In this document: positions 27,297-35,319 of the stretch, one piece after another | Position numbering within the stretch: the stretch's first letter is position 1 | How the letters are laid out: each line of letters starts with the position of its first letter | Origin: Burkholderiales bacterium | GTDB taxonomy: Bacteria > Pseudomonadota > Gammaproteobacteria > Burkholderiales > SG8-41 | Length of the DNA: 64,000 nt | NCBI GenBank assembly: GCA_019751125.1 | Contig: JAIENU010000017.1 | Coordinates: forward strand, 21,472 to 85,471 | Direction: 5' to 3' | Program-made: the position numbers and the translations under genes | The notes under the pieces: generated by a model | Seen by the model: the letters and a program-made list of their open reading frames with translations, nothing else | What the model was told of the DNA's origin: nothing | Databases searched by the model: none

Positions 27297-27692
27297 TCAT
27301 TGATCGGTTACGTGCCTGAAACCGGCATCAAGCACTTTTTGAGTGGCGGCATCCTCGGCGACCGGGCGCACTTCAACACAGCCCTTCGCCGCTCCGGGAA
27401 TGCGCGCGGCAATCCGTATCGCCTCGTTGAGGTCGCGCGCCTCGATCAGGAAGTAACCGCCGAGTTGTTCCTTGGTTTCGACCCATGGCCCGTCGGTGGC
27501 CGTGATCCTGCCGTTCCTGAGGCGGACCGTGGTGGCTTCCGCGGGAGGCAGCAGCCTGTTGCAGCTGATGAAGTGGCCGCTACGGGAGATGTCGGCGGTG
27601 AATTTGACGTACTCGTCGTAATGTCCGGCCGCTTCTTCGGGGGACATCTGTTCCATGACTTTTTCGGCGCAGATCAGGCACAGGAATTTCAT
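27297..27692 (-). CDS. YciI/DGPF-domain protein (paralogue 2)
   Basis: MKFLCLICAEK... TDGPWVETKEQLGGYFLIEARDLNEAIRIAARIP. Confidence 0.85.
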   Translation of the reverse strand: MKFLCLICAEKVMEQMSPEEAAGHYDEYVKFTADISRSGHFISCNRLLPPAEATTVRLRNGRITATDGPWVETKEQLGGYFLIEARDLNEAIRIAARIPGAAKGCVEVRPVAEDAATQKVLDAGFRHVTDQ

Positions 27693-27705
27693 CGGATTCT
27701 CCGTT

Positions 27706-28167
27706 TCAGCCGCAGGCTTTTTTGAAGTTGGCCTCGATTTCGGCCGGGGTCAGATCCTGCTGGTGGGTGGCGATCGACCAGCTGTGGCCCCAGGGATCGG
27801 TGAGTACGCCGTAACGGTCGCCCCAGAACATGTCGGCGGGCGGCATCACTGCAGTGGCACCCGCAGCGACCGCGCGAGCGTAGAAGGCGTCGGTGTCCGG
27901 CACATAAAGATGGATGGTTACCGGTGACCCTTTCAGCGTTTTCGGGCTGATTGCGCCGCAGTGCGGCATTTCGTCGGTGAACATCACCGGCGAACCGGCA
28001 ATGATCAGCATCGCATGGATCAGTTTGCCGTCGGGACCGGGCAGTCTGATGGTTTCCACCGCGTCAAAGGCCTTCTTGTAGAACTCGAGGGCTTCAACAG
28101 CGCCGGCGCAGACCAGATGTGGCGTGACAGTGTGCATGCCTGCGGGCAGATAGTGCGGGGTGCTCAT
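27706..28167 (-). CDS. VOC family (glyoxalase/bleomycin-resistance fold, PhnB-like) protein
   Basis: TPHLVCAGAVEALEFYKKAF ... MFWGDRYGVLTDPWGHSWSI. Confidence 0.82.
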   Translation of the reverse strand: MSTPHYLPAGMHTVTPHLVCAGAVEALEFYKKAFDAVETIRLPGPDGKLIHAMLIIAGSPVMFTDEMPHCGAISPKTLKGSPVTIHLYVPDTDAFYARAVAAGATAVMPPADMFWGDRYGVLTDPWGHSWSIATHQQDLTPAEIEANFKKACG

Positions 28168-28595
28168 TTTTGATCTCCAATACCGATGGCGCGGAATTTT
28201 TCGATGGTCGGGCTGGGCTCGAAATCCTCGAGCTCGAAGAATTCGCGGACTTCGATTTCAGCGTCGAGGCCCCTGCCCGCGGGGTTCGGGAAACGCTTGG
28301 TCCATTCGATCGCTTCCTGCAGCGATTTGACCTTGATGATGGTGTAGCCGGCGATCAGCTCCTTGGTTTCGGCGAAAGGGCCGTCGATATAAGTTCGCTT
28401 TTCACCCGACTGTTTGTCGCCCGAATAACGGATGCGCCAGCCTTTTGAGCTGGGTTTCAGGCCCGAGCCGTCCACCAGCACGCCGGCTTTGGCGAGTTCG
28501 GCGTGGTAGCTCTGCATGTCCTGCAGCAGTTCTTCGGTGGGCATCACCCCGGCCTCGGAGTCTGCTGTCGCTTTGACGATGATCATATAGCGCAT
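28164..28595 (-). CDS. YciI family protein (paralogue 1, first structural gene after the sigma factor)
   Basis: MRYMIIVKATADSEAG ... IDGPFAETKELIAGYTIIKVKSLQEAIEWTKRFP. It overlaps the next gene by 4 nt. Confidence 0.85.
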   Translation of the reverse strand: MRYMIIVKATADSEAGVMPTEELLQDMQSYHAELAKAGVLVDGSGLKPSSKGWRIRYSGDKQSGEKRTYIDGPFAETKELIAGYTIIKVKSLQEAIEWTKRFPNPAGRGLDAEIEVREFFELEDFEPSPTIEKFRAIGIGDQK

Positions 28596-28598
28596 TTT

Positions 28599-28633
28599 AT
28601 AACCCTTTGTTTTTAAACATAATTTTATTGACC
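28599..28633 (+). repeat. AT-rich intergenic repeat, copy D (variant)
   Basis: ataaccctttgtttttaaacataattttattgacc. It starts 4 nt from the YciI start codon (CAT at 28593-28595). Confidence 0.6.
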
Positions 28634-28666
28634 ATCGATTTCGCTATCGATGGTGCTCATACACTG

Positions 28667-28693
28667 GTCGAATGGCGGAACGCCATTTCGACA
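28667..28693 (-). promoter_or_regulatory. candidate ECF-type promoter TGTCGA-N17-CGAC upstream of the YciI/VOC array
   Basis: The minus strand reads ggggacTGTCGAaatggcgttccgccattCGACcagtg. It lies 23 nt downstream of the sigma stop and about 72 nt upstream of the YciI start. The spacer is itself a near-perfect palindrome. Confidence 0.4.
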
Positions 28694-28715
28694 GTCCCCG
28701 AAAAATTTTTTCTGC

Positions 28716-29957
28716 TCAGCCGGCCAGTGCGGCGAGTCGGCGTTCGAGGAAGCGGCGTTCGGGTTCCTGGCGGGTCAGTGCCAGCGCGCGTTGGTAGGCG
28801 CTGCGCGCTTCGTCCCGGCGCCCGAGGCGGCGGCAGAAATCGGCGCGTGCGGCATGTGCCAGCCGGTACCCGGCGAGTTCGCCGCGCTCGAGCAGCGCAT
28901 CGACCAAAACGAGCCCGGCTTCGGGGCCGTCGCGCATCGCCACCGCCACCGCGCGGTTCAGTTCGACCACCGGCGAGGGTTCGATGCGCAGCAGCAGGTC
29001 GTAGAGCCCGGTGATCTGTGCCCAGTCGGTATCAGCGGCCGTCGCAGCTTCCGCATGCACTGCGGAAATTGCCGCCTGCAGGGCATAGGGGCCGACGCGG
29101 CGCGTGGCGAGTGCGCGTTCAACCAGCGCGGTGCCTTCGGTGATCAGGCTGCGATCCCAGAGGCTGCGGTCCTGGTCTTCGAGCAGCACCAGGTCGCCAT
29201 CGGCATTGCTGCGCGCGGCGCGCCGTGATTCATGCAACAGCATCAGCGCGAGCAGCGCCATGGCCTCCGGTTCCGGCAGCAGCCCGGCCAGCAGGCGCGC
29301 GAGGCGAATGGCCTCGCCGGACAAGTCGTGGCGGGTCAGCGTGGCGCCGGAGGAGGCGGCGTAACCTTCATTGAACACCAGGTAGATCACGCGCAGCACG
29401 CTGTCCAGGCGCTGCGGCAGCTCGGCGGGTTCCGGCACCTGGTACGGGATCTTCGCGTCACGGATCTTGTTCTTGGCACGCACGATGCGCTGCGCCAGCG
29501 TTGGCGCGCTGCTGAGGAAGGCGCGGGCGATTTCCTCGGTGGTAAGTCCGCAGACTTCGCGCAGCGTCAGCGCGACCTGGGCATCCGGGTGCAGCGCGGG
29601 GTGGCAGCAGGTGAAGATCAGGCGCAGCCGGTCGTCGCCGATGTCCTCGGCTTCGGGGTCTTCCGGCGCAGGGATATTTTCCGCGGCTTCATCGTCCAGC
29701 GCTTCGATGCGTGACTGGCGGCGCATCTGGTCGATGGCCTTGAAGCGTCCCGCGGATACCAGCCAGGCCCGCGGGTTGGCGGGAATGCCCTCGCGCGGCC
29801 ACTGTTCCAGTGCGGCACGGAAGGCTTCGTGCAGCGCCTCTTCGGCGGCATCAAAATCACCCAGCAGGCGCACCAGCGTCGCGAACACGCGGCGTGATTC
29901 GGCCCGGTAGACCGCATCTACCGTCGCGTGCATTCCAGTATCCCGTTGCTCTTCCAT
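28716..29957 (-). CDS. ECF sigma factor with long C-terminal helical (TPR-like) extension, ECF42-like
   Basis: Sigma-2 region (AEEALHEAFRAALEQWPREGIPANPRAWLVSAGRFKAIDQMRRQ) and sigma-4 region (LTLREVCGLTTEEIARAFLSSAPTLAQRIVRAKNKI). The C-terminal extension is about 230 aa (GPYALQAAISAVHAEA ... ERRFLERRLAALAG). Start is MEEQRD (29957) or MHATVD (29933). Confidence 0.85.
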   Translation of the reverse strand: MEEQRDTGMHATVDAVYRAESRRVFATLVRLLGDFDAAEEALHEAFRAALEQWPREGIPANPRAWLVSAGRFKAIDQMRRQSRIEALDDEAAENIPAPEDPEAEDIGDDRLRLIFTCCHPALHPDAQVALTLREVCGLTTEEIARAFLSSAPTLAQRIVRAKNKIRDAKIPYQVPEPAELPQRLDSVLRVIYLVFNEGYAASSGATLTRHDLSGEAIRLARLLAGLLPEPEAMALLALMLLHESRRAARSNADGDLVLLEDQDRSLWDRSLITEGTALVERALATRRVGPYALQAAISAVHAEAATAADTDWAQITGLYDLLLRIEPSPVVELNRAVAVAMRDGPEAGLVLVDALLERGELAGYRLAHAARADFCRRLGRRDEARSAYQRALALTRQEPERRFLERRLAALAG

Positions 29958-30012
29958 CAGACTGCCACGGCATGCGGGCCACTGGGCTTTACCGGGCGCA
30001 CTGCCGTCGTTG

Positions 30013-30984
30013 CTATTCCGGCTTGATGCCGGCTTCGGCAACGACTTTTCGCCAGCGCGCGAGTTCGCTGCGGATCATCTCGGCCATTTCCTGCGGCGTG
30101 GTTGAAGTCGGCACCATGCCGATGCTCTCCAGATGCTTGACCACGCCGGGATCCTCGACCGCGCGTTTCATCTCGGCATTGATTTTGCGCACCACATGCG
30201 CCGGCGTCCCGGCCGGTCCGAGGAAGCCATACCAGGTGGTGTTGTTGAAGCCGGGATAGGTTTCGGCAATGGCCGGGATGTCGGGCAGCGCTTTCAGCCG
30301 CGTCGGATGGCCGATCGCAATGGCGCGTGCCTTGCCGGTGGCCATGTGCGGCTGCCAGGGTGCGGCACCGCCGAAGATCGCCTGCACGCGGCCGGCGAGC
30401 AGGTCGGCGGTAGCGGCGCCACCACCTTTGTACGGCACATGGGTGAATTTTGCGCCGGTCAGCGAGGTCAGCAATTCCATGCCAAGGTGGTTGGGCGTGC
30501 CGGTGCCGGGTGATGCGAAATTGATCTTGCCCGGCTGTGCCTTGGCGAGATCCACCAGTTCACGCACGTTTTTCGCCGGCACCGAAGGATGCACCACGAT
30601 CAGGAAGGGCACATAGACGCCAACACCGATCGGCGTGAAGTCCTTCACCGGGTCGTAGGCGAGTTTGCTGCCGAAGGCGGCGCTGACCACCAGTCCGCCC
30701 GAGGTGCCCAGCACCAGGGTGTAGCCGTCGGGTGTGGCCTTGGCGGCGAGGCCGTGGCCCAGCGTCGAGCCCGCGCCGGGACGGTTGTCGATGACGAACG
30801 TGGTATTCAGTTTTTCAGCGAACCAGGTGCTGAATGCGCGTGCCGTCGGATCCGTGGTGCCGCCGGGCGGATAGGGCACGATGATGCGCACCGGCTTGGT
30901 CGGGTAGGCGGGCTCGGCGGCCAGTGCCGCGGGCGTGGTTGCGGCAAGCGTAAGGGCAGATGCGCAAAGCAGTTGGCGCAGCAT
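30013..30984 (-). CDS. Bug family (TctC-like) tripartite tricarboxylate transporter substrate-binding protein
   Basis: Signal peptide MLRQLLCASALTLAATTPAALA, then YPTKPVRIIVPYPPGGTTD, the hallmark of Bug proteins. Confidence 0.9.
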   Translation of the reverse strand: MLRQLLCASALTLAATTPAALAAEPAYPTKPVRIIVPYPPGGTTDPTARAFSTWFAEKLNTTFVIDNRPGAGSTLGHGLAAKATPDGYTLVLGTSGGLVVSAAFGSKLAYDPVKDFTPIGVGVYVPFLIVVHPSVPAKNVRELVDLAKAQPGKINFASPGTGTPNHLGMELLTSLTGAKFTHVPYKGGGAATADLLAGRVQAIFGGAAPWQPHMATGKARAIAIGHPTRLKALPDIPAIAETYPGFNNTTWYGFLGPAGTPAHVVRKINAEMKRAVEDPGVVKHLESIGMVPTSTTPQEMAEMIRSELARWRKVVAEAGIKPE

Positions 30985-31074
30985 GGGTACTCCTCCTGGG
31001 TCCTTGTTTATGAGTGATTGTGGACCAGCGATCAATTCTAGGAGCAAAGCGCTGTTTAGCCAATCTCGCCGCGG

Positions 31075-32013
31075 TCAAATCCTGCCGTGTGGTTGTTTTT
31101 TCCCGGATCGTTTGCCTGTCCTCGCGGCGGACAGCTTGCGCAGGCGTTCAACGAACGCTTCGCCAAACGGGCGCAGCACATGATTGCGGTGCAGGCTGAC
31201 CAGCGACATCGAAGCGGGAAACAGATGTGATGAGGGCACGATCTGTATGTCCCTGTCCTTTCTCGGGTCGACAGCCATGGTCTGCAGCACGGCCACCCCT
31301 ACGCCGGCCGCGACATAGGATTTGATGACGTTGGCGTCGCTGCCGCGAACGGCGATGCGGGGTTTCAGGCCCAGCCGCTGGAATTCATGCTGTACGACCC
31401 AGCCGGAGTTGTAGATTTCATCATAGGCAACCAGCGGGTAACGCGACAGTTCGCGCAGGCTGATCCGCCTTGATTTCAGCAGCGGGTGCCCCCGCGGCAC
31501 CACTACGCAGCGTTCGAAGGCAAAGGCCTCGAAGGTAACGATGTCACGCGGTATGGCCGAGGGCAATGTCGATACGCCGATATCGACCTCCCCTTCAATC
31601 ACCCATTGCAGGATGTCCTTGGGGCTGCCCTGGCGCAGCACGATCTCGACCCCGGGATGATCCGCCAGAAAGGCGCGGATCACGCCGACCAGGGAATAGC
31701 TGGCGTGGATATGCGTCGTGCCGATGCGCAGGGTGCCTTCGACCCCGGTTTGCAGGCTGTCCCGCAGCCCGGCAATGGTGCGGGTGTCATGCACCACGCG
31801 CCGTGCGAGCTCCACTGCCCGGCGTCCGGCGTCGGTAAGGTCGACCAGCCGGTTTCCGGTGCGCACGAACAGATCGGTGCCGATTTCTGATTCGAGTGCG
31901 CGTGCCAATTTGCTGACGCCGGGTTGTGTGGTGTGCAAGGCCCTGGCCGTGAGTGAAACGCTGAAATCGTGGTCGACCAGGGCGATCAGGTAACGCAGCT
32001 GCTTGAGTGTCAT
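31075..32013 (-). CDS. LysR family transcriptional regulator (CysB/Cbl-like N-terminus)
   Basis: MTLKQLRYLIALVDHDFSVSLTARALHTTQPGVSKLARALESEIG wHTH, followed by a LysR substrate-binding domain. Confidence 0.9.
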   Translation of the reverse strand: MTLKQLRYLIALVDHDFSVSLTARALHTTQPGVSKLARALESEIGTDLFVRTGNRLVDLTDAGRRAVELARRVVHDTRTIAGLRDSLQTGVEGTLRIGTTHIHASYSLVGVIRAFLADHPGVEIVLRQGSPKDILQWVIEGEVDIGVSTLPSAIPRDIVTFEAFAFERCVVVPRGHPLLKSRRISLRELSRYPLVAYDEIYNSGWVVQHEFQRLGLKPRIAVRGSDANVIKSYVAAGVGVAVLQTMAVDPRKDRDIQIVPSSHLFPASMSLVSLHRNHVLRPFGEAFVERLRKLSAARTGKRSGKKQPHGRI

Positions 32014-32048
32014 GGATGCTTTACGGCCTTTTTCACTATTCGATCAAT

Positions 32049-32062
32049 CGAAAGTATCGGGA
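32049..32062. promoter_or_regulatory. LysR-type T-N11-A palindrome
   Basis: TTCGATCAATCGAA (arms TTCGA/TCGAA), 36 nt upstream of the lysR start in the divergent spacer. Confidence 0.4.
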
Positions 32063-32167
32063 TTAAATATTTATTTTACAGAATGATATGCCGCGCCCAG
32101 AATGATTGGCACAAAAACCGCGCAGACCGGGATCGGACTGCAACGGTAAACCGGAGGAGGGCGTTTG

Positions 32168-34315
32168 ATGGCGGTGTCGGCAGTTTCATCCCCGCGGCAG
32201 GGTGAATGGTGGCATGGCGCGCACCGCGTGCTGTTGTTGAACCTGCGCGAGGGTGACGAGCCCAGGGTCAATGCCGAAGAGCTGGTGCAGTCGGCCCGGG
32301 CCTTTCGCGCCACCGCGTTCTGCATCAGCGGCGGCGGCATCGTCGCGTTCTACCAGACGCGCATCGCCGGCCATCGCCTGTCGAGCGGGCTGCAAGGACG
32401 CGATCTGCTGGCCGAGATCATTCCTGTGGCCCATCGCGAAGGCATGCGCGTGCTGGCGCGCATTGATCCGAGCTGCGCACCGAAAACGCTGGCTGAATCC
32501 AATCCCGAATGGTTCGCGCGCGACCGTGAAGGCCGTTTCTGCGAAGTCAGTGAGCATTATGTGACCTGCCCCAACGCCGACTATTACCGGGTGCGGATGG
32601 TCGAGGTGGTGCGCGAAATCCTTTCTGTTTACGGTGCCGATGGCATCTGGAACAACCAGGGCAAGTTCGCGGCCTGGGACACCGGCGCCTGCTACTGCGA
32701 TACCTGCCAGACCATGTTCCGCGGCGAGACCGGCGAGGGCATTCCCGAGGAAAACTGGGATGATCCGTTATGGCGGCGCTACAACGAATGGCGCTACCGG
32801 CGCATTGCCGACTGGGTTGCCCTGATGCATCGCGAAATTCATGCCGTAAAGCGCGACGCGGTATTCATCGCGGCCGTGCAGCTGATGGAATCGCTGGAGA
32901 CGATACGGCCTGGCGGCTGGGACATTGATTACTGGCTGGAGCACCAGGACATACCGACCTTCGAATGCCAGCGCCGTCATACCGCGCCGTGGTGGCCCGG
33001 CATCCAGGCCAAGTATCTGGCAACGCTGGCGCCGGACAAGCCGCGCTGGATGACGGTCAGCTATTTCTATCCCTGGTGGCGTCTGTACGCCGCGCCCGTG
33101 GCCGAGAACCGGCCGTGGATCGCGCAGCAGGCCGCCAATGGGGTCAGTCCCTGGCTGCACATCAACGGCGGGTATTCCGATCTGTTCGACCGGCGCAGCC
33201 TGCCGGCGATGCAGGACGTGTTCCAGCGGCTAGAGCGATGGCAGGGTTATTTCGACGGCGCCCGCTCGCAGGCCAGGGTGTTGCTTATTCTGTCGCGCCA
33301 TACCCAGGACAATTATGGCCGCGACAAACCCCATGCCCGTTACCTCGATTTCATCCGCGGCTGGTATTGCGCATTGCAGGAAGCCCATATTCCCTTTGAT
33401 GTGATGTCGGACAAGCTGATCACGGCGGACCGCCTGTCGCGCTACGGCGCGGTGATCGTTTCCAATCTCGCCTGCGTGGATGACGCGCTGGAGGGTGTCT
33501 TGCAGGGCTTTGTTGCCGGGGGCGGCGGGCTGGTCGCCGGTTACGACGCCGGCCGTTTCACTCTTGACGGCGCCGCGCGGGAGCGGCCTGCCTTCGCCGG
33601 GCTGCTGGGTATCCGTTACCTCGGCCGCCGCGAAGGTCTGAAATCCTCGTACGCCAAACTTGAAGGCCGGAACGATCCGCTGCTTGATGGCATTGGCGAC
33701 ACCGATGTGATTCCCAATGAAGGGGCGTTGATCGAGGTTGCAGCAACAAGCGGAGACGCGGTGCCGCTGACGCTGATTCCGCCTGTGATTGCCCATTCCG
33801 GCGCAACCATCAGCATTCCGGAATACAGTGCTGTGCGCGAAACCACCGACATCCCGGTCGTACTGCATGGATCGCGCGGCAAGGGACGAATCGTCTATTT
33901 TGCCAATACGATGGAGGGCCTGTACTACAAGTACGGCTTTCCGGACCTGGGGCGCGTGCTGGGCAATGCGGCGCGCTGGGCGGCGGGTGGTTTGCTGCCG
34001 GTCGAGGTTGATGCACCGGATTATGTCGATGTGACGCATATGGCGCAGCCCGGCCGTGAAATGGTGCACCTGATCAATCTGCCGCTCGACAAGCCGCTCA
34101 ATACCGGCTGGCGCCATCCGGGGCGCAATCTGGTGCCGGTGCGCGACATTGCCGTGCGGCTGCGCCCGGCCCGGGGGCGGCGCGTTGTTGAGGTACGGAT
34201 GGCTTCAAGCGATGCGATCCTGCCACATGCCATTCAAGCAGGAGTCGTCGAGGTTGTTGTGCCGGAACTGGCTGATCATGAAATTGTGGTGTTCGAACTG
34301 GGGGAGGGCAGATGA
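32168..34315 (+). CDS. putative glycoside-hydrolase-like protein (TIM-barrel GHL6-like N-domain plus GH42-type trimerisation / GATase1-like domain)
   Basis: 715 aa, no signal peptide. Has a CYCDTC cysteine cluster and a central segment RVLLILSRHTQDN...YGAVIVSNL resembling the GH42 middle domain. ggaggagg RBS 7 nt before the ATG at 32168. The family call is tentative. Confidence 0.55.
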   Translation: MAVSAVSSPRQGEWWHGAHRVLLLNLREGDEPRVNAEELVQSARAFRATAFCISGGGIVAFYQTRIAGHRLSSGLQGRDLLAEIIPVAHREGMRVLARIDPSCAPKTLAESNPEWFARDREGRFCEVSEHYVTCPNADYYRVRMVEVVREILSVYGADGIWNNQGKFAAWDTGACYCDTCQTMFRGETGEGIPEENWDDPLWRRYNEWRYRRIADWVALMHREIHAVKRDAVFIAAVQLMESLETIRPGGWDIDYWLEHQDIPTFECQRRHTAPWWPGIQAKYLATLAPDKPRWMTVSYFYPWWRLYAAPVAENRPWIAQQAANGVSPWLHINGGYSDLFDRRSLPAMQDVFQRLERWQGYFDGARSQARVLLILSRHTQDNYGRDKPHARYLDFIRGWYCALQEAHIPFDVMSDKLITADRLSRYGAVIVSNLACVDDALEGVLQGFVAGGGGLVAGYDAGRFTLDGAARERPAFAGLLGIRYLGRREGLKSSYAKLEGRNDPLLDGIGDTDVIPNEGALIEVAATSGDAVPLTLIPPVIAHSGATISIPEYSAVRETTDIPVVLHGSRGKGRIVYFANTMEGLYYKYGFPDLGRVLGNAARWAAGGLLPVEVDAPDYVDVTHMAQPGREMVHLINLPLDKPLNTGWRHPGRNLVPVRDIAVRLRPARGRRVVEVRMASSDAILPHAIQAGVVEVVVPELADHEIVVFELGEGR

Positions 34316-35268
34316 TGCTGAGACTGACAGTGCTGATTGTGCTGCTTGCGGCCGGGGTGGCGCAGGCGCAGAACTATCCGAACAGGACGGTGCGGCTGGT
34401 GGTGCCGCTGGTGGCAGGCGGTCCCACCGATCTGCTGGCGCGGTTGATCGCGCAGCCGATGGGCGAACGCATGGGGCAGCAGGTCATTGTTGATAACCGG
34501 CCCGGCGCTGGCGGCAACATCGGAGCCGAGCATGTGGCGAAGTCTCCGCCCGATGGCTATACACTGTTCATGGGCACCTCGGGGCCGATGTCGATCAACG
34601 TCAGCATCTATCCGAAGATCGGCTATCACCCTGCGCGGGATTTTTCGCCGGTGCTGCTGGCGGCTTCAGCGCCTTTCGTGGTGGTGGTGCATCCTTCACT
34701 GCCTGCCGGCAACATCCGCCAGCTGATTGCGCTGGTGAAGGCGCGTCCCGGCCAGCTCAATTACGGTGCGGTGCCCGGTAATGCAGCCCATCTCGCGACC
34801 GAACTGTTCAAGAGCAATGCCAATCTCGATATGGTGTTCGTGCCGTACAAGGGAGCGGCGCCAGCCAACACCGACCTTGTGGCCGGACAAATACAGCTGT
34901 CATTTGCCTCGACGCCGGGCGCAATGCCCTTCGTCAAGTCGGGGCGATTGAAGGCGCTGGCCATATCGAGCGCAAAACGAATCGCCAAGCTGCCGGAACT
35001 GCCGACCATTTCGGAATCCGGCGTGCCCGGTTACGAGGCGAGCGTCTGGTACGGCATTGCTGCCCCGGCAAAAACACCGCCTGAAATCGTGGCGCGCCTC
35101 TACAAGGAGGGTGCCGCGGTGCTGCAGGACCGGGCCACCCTGGAGAAGATGGACGTCAACGATTTTGTACCGACCGTGATGAACCCCGAGCAATTCAGCG
35201 CTTTCGTACGCAGCGAAATCGAAAAATGGGGCAAGGTGGTCAAGGCGATCGGCGCGAAGATCGACTGA
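34312..35268 (+). CDS. Bug family (TctC-like) substrate-binding protein
   Basis: MMLRLTVLIVLLAAGVAQAQNYPNRTVRLVVPLVAGGPTD. The ATGA overlaps the preceding gene. Confidence 0.9.
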   Translation: MMLRLTVLIVLLAAGVAQAQNYPNRTVRLVVPLVAGGPTDLLARLIAQPMGERMGQQVIVDNRPGAGGNIGAEHVAKSPPDGYTLFMGTSGPMSINVSIYPKIGYHPARDFSPVLLAASAPFVVVVHPSLPAGNIRQLIALVKARPGQLNYGAVPGNAAHLATELFKSNANLDMVFVPYKGAAPANTDLVAGQIQLSFASTPGAMPFVKSGRLKALAISSAKRIAKLPELPTISESGVPGYEASVWYGIAAPAKTPPEIVARLYKEGAAVLQDRATLEKMDVNDFVPTVMNPEQFSAFVRSEIEKWGKVVKAIGAKID

Positions 35269-35319
35269 GTTTCCGCATCGCGCGTCTTTTGCCGGCGCGC
35301 GACGCAGGACTCGGCGTGC

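Noticed and set aside
32107-32122. TGGCAC-aaaaa-CCGCG as a sigma-54 promoter for the glycosidase-like gene.
   Set aside because: The -24 element is perfect but the -12 element is poor (CCGC versus TTGC). The gene has a divergent LysR regulator and a T-N11-A box, which argues for a sigma-70/LysR promoter.
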